Below are positions 29,457-38,977 of a DNA stretch of 64,000 nt, piece by piece. The translations under genes were made by a program, and so were the position numbers. Each line of letters starts with the position of its first letter. Within the stretch, counting starts at the first letter, position 1. The notes under the pieces were generated by a model, which was given only the letters and a program-made list of their open reading frames with translations, had not been told where the DNA came from and searched no databases. Source of the stretch: Candidatus Lustribacter sp. (GTDB taxonomy: Bacteria; Vulcanimicrobiota; Vulcanimicrobiia; Vulcanimicrobiales; Vulcanimicrobiaceae); assembly GCA_965277805.1 (NCBI GenBank), contig OZ255842.1:3040001-3104000 (forward strand), read 5' to 3'.

Positions 29457-30985
29457 TCCAGACCGCGCGCGGTACCCATGGGGTGGTGTCGACCGGACAT
29501 CCGCTCGCGACCGATGCTGCGCTCGACGTGCTGCGCGCCGGCGGCAACGCCGTCGACGCCGCGGCGTGCGCGGCGTTCGTGCTCAGCGTCGTGTGCCCGT
29601 ACGCGTGCACGCTGGGTGGCGATCTGTATGCGCTCGTCTATGATCCCGCGACCAAACGCGTCGAGGGTCTCAACGCCACCGGCCGTTCGCCGCGCGATAC
29701 CGCCGGCGACGTGCAGGCGGATGCGTTGCGCGTGGGCGTGCTCTCGGCAACGATTCCGGCGCTCGTGCGCGGGCTCGGCGATCTGCTCGAACGTTACGGC
29801 TCGCGCAGCTTCGGCGCACTGCTCGAGGCCGCGATCGCATACGCCGGCGACGGCTTCGCCGTGCATTCGACACTGGCCGACAATACGCGCGACCGCGCGG
29901 AACTGCTCGCGCGCGATCCGGCCGCACGCGCCCTGTTCCTACCGGACGGCAAACCGCTCGCGCTCGGCACGACGTTCAAACAGCCCAACGTCGCACGCGT
30001 GCTGCGCGAACTCGCGGCGGGCGGTCCGGGCGCATTCTACTCGGGCGAGATCGCAGAACAATTGGTCGGCGACGCGCAAGCGATCGGCGGGACGTTCGCG
30101 CTCGAAGACTTCGCGGCGCACGAATCGCTGTGGCAGTCGCCGCTGGCTGTGCCGTTCTACGGCCGCGACGTGTGGACGATGCCGCCCAACTCCTACGGGC
30201 CGACGCTGCTCTTTCAGCTGCTCGAGCTCGAAGCGCAGCACATCGATGCCGTCGATCCGGAAAGCGCGGACTTCATTACGCGCGGGTTCGCGGCACGCAA
30301 GCGCGCGTACGCGCAAGCGGCGAAGTGGATCGCCGATCCGGCCGTCGCCGAAGCGCCGATGCGCGAGTTGCTCGCCGCGGCGCTGCTCGCGCGAACGCCC
30401 GTGACCGCACCGCCGCCGCCGGAAGCGCGCGACCGGTGCACCACGAACGCGATCGTCATCGACGGCAACGGACTTGCGGTTTCGCTGATCGAGAGCGTGT
30501 CGGCTCCATACGGTTCGGGGGTCGTGCTCGAACGGAGCGGCATACTGCTCAACAACCGCATGGCCGGCTTCAACGCCGACCGCGCACATGCCAACGGGAT
30601 CGCCGCCGGTAAGCGGCCGGCCAACACGCTCGCACCGTGCATGGTCACGCAGGCCGGCGCGCTGGCGATGAGCATCGGTACGCCCGGCACGGTCGGGCAG
30701 ACGTGCACGCTCGCGCAAATCCTCGCCCGCGTTTACGCGTGCGGACAAGACATTGCCGAGGCCGCCGGGCCCCCGCGCTGGTCGGTCGATTTTCAAGGCA
30801 AATTGGTCGTCGAAGATACGATGGCGCCGGCCCTGCGCGACGCCGTGCTCGCGGCGACCGAAGGCGCGCACGTCATGCCGAGCGGCTGGATCAGTTTCGG
30901 CTCGATCAAGGCCGTGACCGTCACCCCGGAGGGACTCATCGGGATCGCCGATTACCGCCGAGCGGCCACGACTGCAGGCTGGTGA
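29453..30985 (+). CDS. Gamma-glutamyltransferase family Ntn-hydrolase
   Basis: GGNAVDAA, LGGD, MPPNS, CTTNAIVID (catalytic Thr), GILLNNRM and GKRP motifs. Confidence 0.88.
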   Translation: MIQTARGTHGVVSTGHPLATDAALDVLRAGGNAVDAAACAAFVLSVVCPYACTLGGDLYALVYDPATKRVEGLNATGRSPRDTAGDVQADALRVGVLSATIPALVRGLGDLLERYGSRSFGALLEAAIAYAGDGFAVHSTLADNTRDRAELLARDPAARALFLPDGKPLALGTTFKQPNVARVLRELAAGGPGAFYSGEIAEQLVGDAQAIGGTFALEDFAAHESLWQSPLAVPFYGRDVWTMPPNSYGPTLLFQLLELEAQHIDAVDPESADFITRGFAARKRAYAQAAKWIADPAVAEAPMRELLAAALLARTPVTAPPPPEARDRCTTNAIVIDGNGLAVSLIESVSAPYGSGVVLERSGILLNNRMAGFNADRAHANGIAAGKRPANTLAPCMVTQAGALAMSIGTPGTVGQTCTLAQILARVYACGQDIAEAAGPPRWSVDFQGKLVVEDTMAPALRDAVLAATEGAHVMPSGWISFGSIKAVTVTPEGLIGIADYRRAATTAGW

Positions 30986-30996
30986 TCCGGCCCATA

Positions 30997-31025
30997 TTGA
31001 CTTTGGAACAAAGCTAAATTATAAA
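30997..31025 (+). promoter_or_regulatory. Sigma70 promoter with an embedded palindromic operator
   Basis: TTGACT-N17-TATAAA; contains CTTTGGAACAAAG; 19/20 identical to 36903-36922. Confidence 0.75.
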
Positions 31026-31031
31026 GAGGTC

Positions 31032-31529
31032 ATGACGACCTCCGAGCCTTTGACGGCCGGCGCGTTCCGGGAAGCCCTCGGAAGCTTCGCCACGGGCGTC
31101 GCGATCGTCACCGCGCGCAATGCCGGATCCGAACCGGTCGGGATGACGATGAGCTCATTCAACTCGGTGTCGCTCGATCCGCCGCTCGTGCTCTTCAGCG
31201 TCGACCGCAAAGCTTTGAGCTTGCCCGAAATGTGCGCCGCGCGCGGCTACGCAATCAACGTGCTCGGCAGCCCGCAACAGCATCTCTCCACGCGCTTCGC
31301 GCGCTCGCGCGAAGATAAGTGGGCCGACGTCAACCACTCGCCGGGCTTCGGCGATGCACCGGTAATCGCCGACGTGCTCGCGCACTTCGAGTGCAAGCCA
31401 TACGCGCAGTACGACGGCGGCGACCACGTGATCTTCGTCTGCGAAGTCGTCCGCGCCGTATGTTCCGCCGGCGATCAGGAACCGCTAGTCTTCTACCGCG
31501 GGAAATACCACACGGTCGTCTCCAAATAA
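31032..31529 (+). CDS. Flavin reductase (HpaC/DIM6-NTAB family)
   Basis: FREALGSFATGVAIVT, SFNSVSLDPPLV, GGDHVIF and PLVFYRGKY motifs. Confidence 0.93.
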   Translation: MTTSEPLTAGAFREALGSFATGVAIVTARNAGSEPVGMTMSSFNSVSLDPPLVLFSVDRKALSLPEMCAARGYAINVLGSPQQHLSTRFARSREDKWADVNHSPGFGDAPVIADVLAHFECKPYAQYDGGDHVIFVCEVVRAVCSAGDQEPLVFYRGKYHTVVSK

Positions 31530-31532
31530 TCC

Positions 31533-31607
31533 GTCATCCCGAGCTTGTCAAAGGACCGCCACCGCGTGTGATGATAGCGGCTGTCCCTCGACAAAGTTCG
31601 GGATGAC
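31533..31607. repeat. REP-like inverted-repeat element between convergent genes
   Basis: GTCATCCCGAGCTTGTCAAAGGAC ... GTCCCTCGACAAAGTTCGGGATGAC, an imperfect IR. Confidence 0.8.
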
Positions 31608-31616
31608 AGTGGGGGT

Positions 31617-34600
31617 TTAGAGGCGCTTGACCAGTGAGATGCGGGCGGTGCGCGGGAACGGGGCCGAGAGGCCGCGTCCGGGACCGTTGCTGTAGGAGAT
31701 CGAGCCGTCCGGATTGATCATCTGCTGGATCGGGACGGTGCCTTGGTTGTAGACCGCGTGAGCGAGGTTCGCGCCGAAGTTGAGATTGTTCAAGTTCTCG
31801 ATCGACGCTTGCAGCGACCAGCCGCTGCCGAGCCCCATTTGCACGCCGGCGTCGAGCATCACGTATGCGGTCGTGTTGTAGGAGTTGTTGTCGCCTTCGT
31901 AGTCGGCGCCGAAGCGTATCAGCGAGCCGTACTTCGTCGCCCATTGCAGGTTGACGTAGCCTTTGGCGTACGGGTAGCCGTAGTCTTGAACCAGGTCGCC
32001 CGTGTAGGTGCCGAGCTGCTCGAACGAGACCGGTAAATTCACGTAGTTGAGGCGATTGAACGTTCCCGTGACGCTGTAGCCGAAGCCGGCGGGCGGGAGA
32101 TCGGCCAACGTGAACTCGACGCCGCGCGACTGACGGCCCGAGCCGTTGAGGTTGATCTCCTGGAAGTAGGACACGTTCGTCGCGTAACCGGGCGGCGGCG
32201 GAATCGCGATTTGCGTTTGCAGCCACGTGTTGTGCACGAAGACGTTGAAGATGTCCATCGAAAGAACGGTGCCGTTCTTCCACCGGTAGCTGCCGCCAAG
32301 ATCTTCGGCGACGACTTCTTCCGGCAAGATCGTCGGGTCGGGAACGGTGAACGCGAAGCCGTTCGTCGCGGTCGTCTGCGAAACGAGGCCCGAGACGAGG
32401 CTCGCGTACGGCACCTCGATCGATGAACCGACCGTCGCGCGCATCGAGAGATTCCCGGTCGGCCGCCACACGAAGCCGAAGTGCGGATCGTAGTGCGAGG
32501 AACCGTTGATGAACGGCGAGAGCACGATCGGCGCGAGACCGAGATTGATCTTGTCACCGGCCGCGACTTGCGCTGCGCCGAAGGAGTTGAGGAAGTCCGG
32601 ACTCTCTTGCTGACCGAGGATCTTGTAGACCGTGAAGTAGTTGCCGAGATCGAACTCGAGTTTCGGGGTCAGTTGAAGTTGCGCGGTGAGCGCGATCGAC
32701 GTGACCGACGCGAACGTCTCCGGGATCGCGAGCGGCGTCGCCTTATAGCCGGCCACCAAACCGCAGCCCGGCTGGTAGGCGGGGTCCAAATGGTTGGCCG
32801 GCGCCGCGCCGCCGGACTGCGTGAACGAGCATCCGGCTGCGAGCGGCGTCAGGTCGCCCGAGTAGCTCGTCGTGTCGTTGTAATAATGGTCCACGCTGAC
32901 GTTGTAGATATTGTTACCGACCGGATGGATATAACTGAACGTGTAGCCGCCGAGCTTGTCGTACTCGAGGGAATCGACGGGCGTGCCGAAGCCCCAGACG
33001 CCGGCGTTGTTCTGCGCCGTGCTCGTCGTGTAGCAGGGCGAAGCAGCGCTGCAAACGAGCCCGTTCGCGTTGTTCGTTACGCCGAACGCCGCCGGCCCGA
33101 GCGCACTAACGTATCCGGGGGTGCCGGGCAACGCGCCGAACGCATAACAGGGGCCCTTCGCTCCGGCGGCCGTCGCCGCGACGAACTGCAGTTGGCAATT
33201 CGCGTTGCTGGTGACTTGGAACGAGGCTTGCGCCGTGGAGCCGTTGCCGTAGATCGAGGTGGCTTGCGAACCGTCGCTCAAACGCGTGATCGTCGCGGTG
33301 TAGGGACGCAGCAGCAGCGTATCGTTGCCGATCGTCGTCTTGAAGTCGAGGTTGAAGTTCGGGTTGTTGTTCGAGATCGCGGTACCGGGGGCGAACTGAT
33401 AGAGCGGGACGTTCGTCTGGCCGGCGATACCGGGCAAGAACGGTGAGTTGTAGCTGGACGTTGCCGTACAGCCCGCACCGCTCGCAGGTTTGCCGCCCGC
33501 GACGCACTGCGGGATATTCGCATAGCCGACGAACTGCGCGAACTCGGCGCCCTCGGGATCGAGGGTGGCCTGCAGTCCGAAGAATTCGAACGCAAGCGAG
33601 GTGGCGTCAGAAAACTTGTAACGGACCTTAGCGAGCTGCGCGTTCATCTCTTGCGGGCTCGTGAGCGGTTGGTAATAGCCGACGTTATTGGCCGTGAGCG
33701 GGTACGGCGGGGCGTAGGTGAAGGTCGCGTTGGGACGCGTGCCGGTGACGCCGTACGCGTACGCCTGATTCGATGAGCCCAGGTAACCGCTGAACGATTT
33801 ACCGAGCACGAACGACCACTTATTGCCGATGTTGAAGTTGAAGAGTAAGTTATAGAGGCTGCCGCCGAAGTTGTCGACGCCGGTTTGAATGTAGCCCGAG
33901 TCCTTCGTGCTGAAATCCGGGGTGCGGACGTTGAGCGAACCGACGGCCGACTCGCCCGCGGTCGGGCCGTTGAGACCGGCTCCATCGAGGATGTCGATGC
34001 CGCCGAGCAGACCCGTGTTGGTGAACTGGCCGAGGAACGTACCGGAAACGCCGCTCGAAATCGGATGACCGTCGATCAGCACCATCGTCTCCTGGCCGAG
34101 GCCGTGGAGACGGAAAAAGCTGTTGTTCGTGGCCGAGTTGGTCGAGGCGACGATGCCCGGCATGGTCGCCACGAGCTTCGGCAGATCCGGCACGTTGCGT
34201 TGCTGGATCGTCGTCTGCGAAAGGGTCGACGTGGCACTCGAGGAGATGTTGAACTTCGCTAAGTTGCCGCCGGTGTTCGTGACCGTGCGGCCGATGACTT
34301 GAAGATTGCTGAGCGTGGATTCCGTCAACTCGACGCTCACCGTCGCCGGGGAGTCGGCGGTGGCGGTGACCTGCGCCGAGCCGCCCTGGTAGCCGCCCTT
34401 GTTGACGGTAACCGTATAGACACCGGGCTGGACCGTCACCGAAAAGTTTCCCGATGCATCGGTCGTGGTCGTCACGTGCGAGGGACCATCGAAGATCACC
34501 GCCGCGCCGCTCAATCCGCCCCCGCCGCCCGCCGCGCTGACCTGACCCGTTACGGTCGCCGTCTGCGTTGCCTGCGCGACGCTCGTGCCGGCTAAGGGCG

Positions 34601-34673
34601 CCGCACTGACGGGCCCGGCGAAGGCGCAAAGCGCCAGAATAGCGGCAACCGCTGCACCGTAGACCATGCGCAC
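31617..34673 (-). CDS. TonB-dependent receptor with N-terminal carboxypeptidase-regulatory-like domain
   Basis: Signal peptide; TTTDASGNFS...PGVYTVTVNKGGY; plug-like MPGI...RLHG...VLIDGHPI; C-terminal NLNN...PRT. Confidence 0.85.
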   Translation of the reverse strand: MRMVYGAAVAAILALCAFAGPVSAAPLAGTSVAQATQTATVTGQVSAAGGGGGLSGAAVIFDGPSHVTTTTDASGNFSVTVQPGVYTVTVNKGGYQGGSAQVTATADSPATVSVELTESTLSNLQVIGRTVTNTGGNLAKFNISSSATSTLSQTTIQQRNVPDLPKLVATMPGIVASTNSATNNSFFRLHGLGQETMVLIDGHPISSGVSGTFLGQFTNTGLLGGIDILDGAGLNGPTAGESAVGSLNVRTPDFSTKDSGYIQTGVDNFGGSLYNLLFNFNIGNKWSFVLGKSFSGYLGSSNQAYAYGVTGTRPNATFTYAPPYPLTANNVGYYQPLTSPQEMNAQLAKVRYKFSDATSLAFEFFGLQATLDPEGAEFAQFVGYANIPQCVAGGKPASGAGCTATSSYNSPFLPGIAGQTNVPLYQFAPGTAISNNNPNFNLDFKTTIGNDTLLLRPYTATITRLSDGSQATSIYGNGSTAQASFQVTSNANCQLQFVAATAAGAKGPCYAFGALPGTPGYVSALGPAAFGVTNNANGLVCSAASPCYTTSTAQNNAGVWGFGTPVDSLEYDKLGGYTFSYIHPVGNNIYNVSVDHYYNDTTSYSGDLTPLAAGCSFTQSGGAAPANHLDPAYQPGCGLVAGYKATPLAIPETFASVTSIALTAQLQLTPKLEFDLGNYFTVYKILGQQESPDFLNSFGAAQVAAGDKINLGLAPIVLSPFINGSSHYDPHFGFVWRPTGNLSMRATVGSSIEVPYASLVSGLVSQTTATNGFAFTVPDPTILPEEVVAEDLGGSYRWKNGTVLSMDIFNVFVHNTWLQTQIAIPPPPGYATNVSYFQEINLNGSGRQSRGVEFTLADLPPAGFGYSVTGTFNRLNYVNLPVSFEQLGTYTGDLVQDYGYPYAKGYVNLQWATKYGSLIRFGADYEGDNNSYNTTAYVMLDAGVQMGLGSGWSLQASIENLNNLNFGANLAHAVYNQGTVPIQQMINPDGSISYSNGPGRGLSAPFPRTARISLVKRL

Positions 34674-34856
34674 GGGGACACTCCTTGTCAGGTCCCTCGG
34701 GGAACCTTCGACACAAAGCTAGTTTTGGGATTATAACCTCTGCTTAACGTTGTCGTCAATGGGCCGAATGGTTAGGGTAAAAGAACGACCGTGAGCCAAA
34801 CACATAGACGCGATTTTCGAGAGAGGCCTCAAATCAAACACAAAGAAGGCGCTGCG

Positions 34857-35807
34857 ATGCTCAAGCGTGTCCTGGTGTTTTTCGCAATCATGCTCGGCTG
34901 TTCGCAATTCTCGTTTGCGCAAGGTCCGACAACGATTATCGTTGCGGGCCCGCCCGACGAAGGTTTCAAAGATGTCTACTATGGCGTGCAGTCGGGTTTG
35001 TTCGCGAAATACGGACTCGACGTGCAGCCGCGCATCGTTCACGGCGGCGCGGTCGTACTTGCCGGCTTAGCCGGCGGATCGTATGCGGTCGCGTATACGA
35101 ACATCGTGCCCGTACTGCAAGCGCACGCGCACGGTCTGCCGTTTCAAATCATCGCACCGTCCACGATCTTCATGAGCGAACGGCCGCAGAACGCGATGCT
35201 CGTCGCCAAAGACGCGCCGTTCAAGACGGCGCGCGACCTCAACGGGAAGACGATCGGCACGCAGTCCCTGCAAGATCTCAACTCCGTTTCCATGCGCGCC
35301 TGGATCGATAAGAACGGCGGCGACTCGAACACGCTGCACGTCATCGAAGTGCCTTCACCCTCGGCTGTTTCGGCGCTGACCTCGCACCGCATCGATGCGA
35401 TGGCGCTATCCGAACCGCTGCTCACGATGGCGCTCGAAACCGGACAGGTGCGCATTTTTGCGCGCCCGCAAACCGCCATTTCGGAACGCTTTCAATCGCA
35501 GGTCTTCGTCGCCAACACCGGTTTCGTGTCGGCCAATCCCGAGGCGATGGAGCGATTTGCGAAGGCCATGCACGAGTCTGCCCTCTATAACAACGCCCAT
35601 CTGTCGCAAACCGTGCGCCTCGTTTCGGGCTTTACTTCCGTGCCCGCAGACGTGATCGCACGCACCACCCGTTCGCTCGATGGGGATTACGCGGCTCCCC
35701 GTTTCATCCAGCCAATCATCGATTTCGCGGCCAAGTACGGAATGATTCCGCAAGCGTTCCCGGCCGAAGAAATCATCAGCCCGGCGGCATTGAAAGCCCC
35801 GCGCTGA
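34857..35807 (+). CDS. ABC substrate-binding protein, SsuA/NMT1-like (orphan)
   Basis: Signal peptide; GLFAKYGLDV and AWIDKNGGDS motifs. Confidence 0.85.
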   Translation: MLKRVLVFFAIMLGCSQFSFAQGPTTIIVAGPPDEGFKDVYYGVQSGLFAKYGLDVQPRIVHGGAVVLAGLAGGSYAVAYTNIVPVLQAHAHGLPFQIIAPSTIFMSERPQNAMLVAKDAPFKTARDLNGKTIGTQSLQDLNSVSMRAWIDKNGGDSNTLHVIEVPSPSAVSALTSHRIDAMALSEPLLTMALETGQVRIFARPQTAISERFQSQVFVANTGFVSANPEAMERFAKAMHESALYNNAHLSQTVRLVSGFTSVPADVIARTTRSLDGDYAAPRFIQPIIDFAAKYGMIPQAFPAEEIISPAALKAPR

Positions 35808-35827
35808 TGAGCCGTTAGGAGTTCCCG

Positions 35828-36895
35828 ATGCCAGACATCATCAACTACGAAGTCGCGTGTTTGCAAACGATCACGCGGCAGGTTTCGCTCACCGACGACG
35901 AGCAGCTCGACCGCGACATCCGCGCCAACATCGCGCGCATCTGCGAGCTGATCGACTACGTTACCTCGTTCGGTAACTCCGACGTCAAACTGGTCGTGAC
36001 GCCCGAATACGCCGTCAACGGAAACTTCCGCGTGATCAACCTCGACGCGTGGTGCCGCATCGCGACGACCGTGCCGGGCCCGTACACCGACATCTTCGCC
36101 GAGAAGGCCAAGGCGCGGAAAATCTATCTTGCCGTCAACATGCTCGAAGTGCACCCCGATTTTCCGCGCCGCTTCTTCAACTGCTCGATGCTCTTCGGAC
36201 CCGACGGCAAAATCCTCATCAAGCACTGGAAAAACAATAACAACTGTTGGGTCTTCCCCTACACGACTCCGGCCGACATCTACACCGAGTTCGTGGCGAA
36301 ATTCGGGCGCGAAAACCTCTTCCCGGTCGCCAAAACCGAGATCGGAAATATCGGTTTGATCACCTGCGGCGAGCTCGGGTTCCCGGAAAATGCGCGCTGC
36401 ACGGCGATGAACGGCGCCGAGGTGCTCTGTCATCTTACCTCCGAGCCCAACAACATGAGCCACGGCGATTCCCGCAACTGGAAGGGCCTGCGGACCGCGC
36501 GCGCCTACGAAAACAAGTGCTACCTGGCGGCCGCCAACATCGGTCTTTACGAAGGTGGTCTGCGCGGTTTGCACGATTCCCACGGTGATTCAGCAATCCA
36601 CTATTTCGACGGATCGATCACCAACGAGATCCAGGGGCCGGGCGAGGCGACCATCAAATGCCGCATCAACCTCAACGACTTGCGCCTTTCGAAGACGCGG
36701 CCGTTCCACCCGACCTCGATTCGCGCTCAGCTTTACGCAAAAGAGTACGCGAGCTGGCCGAGCTGGCCGAACGACGGCTTCGCCGAGAAACCGATCGAAA
36801 GCATCGAGGACACCCGCGCGATTTTCCGCGCGCTGGTTAAGGAAAGGCAAGCCCGCGGGATCGATCGCGCGCCGATCGATTTAAACGCTCTCTGA
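35828..36895 (+). CDS. Nitrilase-superfamily carbon-nitrogen hydrolase
   Basis: Glu-Lys-Cys triad: VTPEY, HWK and ITCGE; ARAYEN motif. Confidence 0.88.
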   Translation: MPDIINYEVACLQTITRQVSLTDDEQLDRDIRANIARICELIDYVTSFGNSDVKLVVTPEYAVNGNFRVINLDAWCRIATTVPGPYTDIFAEKAKARKIYLAVNMLEVHPDFPRRFFNCSMLFGPDGKILIKHWKNNNNCWVFPYTTPADIYTEFVAKFGRENLFPVAKTEIGNIGLITCGELGFPENARCTAMNGAEVLCHLTSEPNNMSHGDSRNWKGLRTARAYENKCYLAAANIGLYEGGLRGLHDSHGDSAIHYFDGSITNEIQGPGEATIKCRINLNDLRLSKTRPFHPTSIRAQLYAKEYASWPSWPNDGFAEKPIESIEDTRAIFRALVKERQARGIDRAPIDLNAL

Positions 36896-36902
36896 ACGCC
36901 CA

Positions 36903-36938
36903 TTGACTTTGTAACAAAGCTATCTTATATAAAAGATA
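36903..36938 (+). promoter_or_regulatory. Sigma70 promoter with an embedded palindromic operator
   Basis: TTGACTTTGTAACAAAGCTA followed by an AT-rich -10 region within a second IR, TATCTT-N6-AAGATA. Confidence 0.72.
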
Positions 36939-36963
36939 CCTTTTTTGAGCTAAGGTAGGGACC

Positions 36964-38163
36964 ATGCGTAACGGATACCGGGTCATCGACGTGGATAGCC
37001 ACGTTACCCCGTCTTTTGAAGTGCTTCACCGGTACGCCGGTCAAGCGATTCGCGACCGGTGGGACGAGTTTTCGCCCTTCATGCGCGAGATGAACTCGCC
37101 CCCGGGACGTGGGCATCCGCTCGGCCCGTGGCACACGATCAAGGTGCGCCCGATTCCCTACGACCGCATCGCGGGCCAAAAAGCCGGCGCTGAGAAGATC
37201 GAAAAAGGCGGCGCCGGTGCCGTGGAAGGCCGCGTCGAGAACATCTCCTCCGAAGTCTGCCACGAGCGCATCCAGCACGATAACCCGGAAGGCCGGCTCG
37301 AAGACATGACGCTCGAAGGCGTCGACGTCAACGTGTTGATCCCCGGCACGTGGGCGCCCGCATCGAGTTCGTTCGAAGCGCCGCTCACGACGGGTCTCTA
37401 CGACGCCTATCACACCTACATGCGTGACTTCTGCAGCGCGGATACGAACCGCCTCAAGGGCCTCTTCCTCGCGCCGGGTCACGACGTTGCGTGGGCCGTT
37501 GCGGAACTGAAGAAAATCGGAAACGAGCCGTGGCTATGCGCCGTCTGGCCGTCACTGCCCGAAGGCATGCCGATCGACGATCCCGATCTCAACCCGCTGT
37601 GGGAAATCATGAACGATCTGCACCTGCCGATCATGCACCACAGCTTCTTTTACGAACCGCCGTACTTCCCGGGCGCACGCGACATCTGGGGAAACTCGGC
37701 GATCGCGCGCACCGCAGCGCATCCTTGGGGCGCGCAGCGTTCGCTCGCGTACATCATCGCCGGCGGCATCCTCGACCGCTATCCGAACATCAAAGTCGGT
37801 TTCGCGGAAACCGGACACGGCTGGCTGCCGAACTGGCTCTTGCGCCTCGACAGCCAAGTGCACTACGTCAAAGGCGTGGTGCCGAAGCTGAAGTACCTGC
37901 CGAGCGAATATGCCAAGATGGGCCGCGTCGCGATCTGCATCGAAGCGCACGAGGGTCCGAACATGACGAAAGCCGTGTTCGACATCCTCGGCGAGACGTG
38001 CTTGATGTACTCCTCGGACTTCCCGCATCCGGAGTGCGACTGGCCGCACTCGGTCGACAACGTCCTGAAGTGGATGGACGTGCTGGGCGAAGACCGCATG
38101 CGTCATCTGCTCGCGACGAATGCCGATGCCTACTTGCGGATGGGAGCGCTCTCAACCAAATGA
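36964..38163 (+). CDS. Amidohydrolase_2 family protein (metal-dependent hydrolase/decarboxylase)
   Basis: IDVDSH, PIMHH, GILDRYPNIKVGFAETGHGW and YSSDFPHPE motifs. Confidence 0.9.
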   Translation: MRNGYRVIDVDSHVTPSFEVLHRYAGQAIRDRWDEFSPFMREMNSPPGRGHPLGPWHTIKVRPIPYDRIAGQKAGAEKIEKGGAGAVEGRVENISSEVCHERIQHDNPEGRLEDMTLEGVDVNVLIPGTWAPASSSFEAPLTTGLYDAYHTYMRDFCSADTNRLKGLFLAPGHDVAWAVAELKKIGNEPWLCAVWPSLPEGMPIDDPDLNPLWEIMNDLHLPIMHHSFFYEPPYFPGARDIWGNSAIARTAAHPWGAQRSLAYIIAGGILDRYPNIKVGFAETGHGWLPNWLLRLDSQVHYVKGVVPKLKYLPSEYAKMGRVAICIEAHEGPNMTKAVFDILGETCLMYSSDFPHPECDWPHSVDNVLKWMDVLGEDRMRHLLATNADAYLRMGALSTK

Positions 38164-38173
38164 GCGCAAACGC

Positions 38174-38584
38174 GTGGACTACCGCACGGCGATGACCTAC
38201 GTGGAGGCGGCGAAACGCATCGCCGCCGAGCGTGGGGTTGAAGTCAGCGTGGCCGTGCTCGATGCGGCGGGTCATCCCGTCGTCATCGCGCGCGGCAAAG
38301 AAGACGCGTGGCACGGTCCGTATATGGCGGCCGGCAAAGCGCGGCTCGCCGCCGCATTTCGCAAAGGCACGAAACAACTGCTCGAACAATGGGCCGACCG
38401 CCCGATGTATCCGATGAGCCTGACCGAGATCATTCCGGGCGGGGTCACCCTCAATCCGGGTGGTTATCCGATCTTCGTGAACGGCGAATGCATCGGCGCG
38501 ATCGGGGTCGGCGGCGGCTCGCCCAAATTCGACGACGATATCGCACACGATGCGGTCACCTCGCTCGCGGAGACGCACGCGTGA
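38174..38584 (+). CDS. GlcG/HbpS family heme-binding protein
   Basis: VSVAVLDAAGH, AAGKARLA, GGYPI and GAIGVGGG motifs; start codon uncertain. Confidence 0.85.
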   Translation: MDYRTAMTYVEAAKRIAAERGVEVSVAVLDAAGHPVVIARGKEDAWHGPYMAAGKARLAAAFRKGTKQLLEQWADRPMYPMSLTEIIPGGVTLNPGGYPIFVNGECIGAIGVGGGSPKFDDDIAHDAVTSLAETHA

Positions 38585-38961
38585 AAAAGATCCCGATCAA
38601 AACCGAAGGCGCACCGATCCCCACCGGGCCGTTCAATCAGGCGATCCGCTGGGGCGATCTCGTCTTCACGTCGGGACAAGCCGGACGCAACCGCGAAACC
38701 GGCAAGATGGGCGACGTCGCCGATCAGGCGCGTCGCTGCCTAGCCAACTTGTCGGCGGTACTGGAAGCCGCCGGAACCTCGCTCGAGCACGCGCTGAAGG
38801 TGACCGTGTACTTGCGCAACGTCGAAGACCGCGATGCGTTCAACGCCGTGTACGTGGAAGTGATGCCGAAGCCGTTCCCGGCCCGCACCGCCGCGTTTTG
38901 CGAACTCGGAAATCCGGATATGCTCGTCGAGATCGAAGTCGTCGCCGGCGTTCCCGGCTAA
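38581..38961 (+). CDS. RidA/YjgF family enamine/imine deaminase
   Basis: APIPTGPFNQA, VFTSGQ, FNAVY, PART and LVEIE motifs. Confidence 0.9.
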   Translation: MKKIPIKTEGAPIPTGPFNQAIRWGDLVFTSGQAGRNRETGKMGDVADQARRCLANLSAVLEAAGTSLEHALKVTVYLRNVEDRDAFNAVYVEVMPKPFPARTAAFCELGNPDMLVEIEVVAGVPG

Positions 38962-38977
38962 CGCAAGGAGAAGGACG

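Noticed and set aside
38160-38195. Possible frameshift at the GlcG-like gene start (ATG at 38160 overlapping the upstream stop is out of frame)
   Set aside because: An in-frame GTG at 38174 gives a full-length domain; a sequencing indel cannot be judged without reads.
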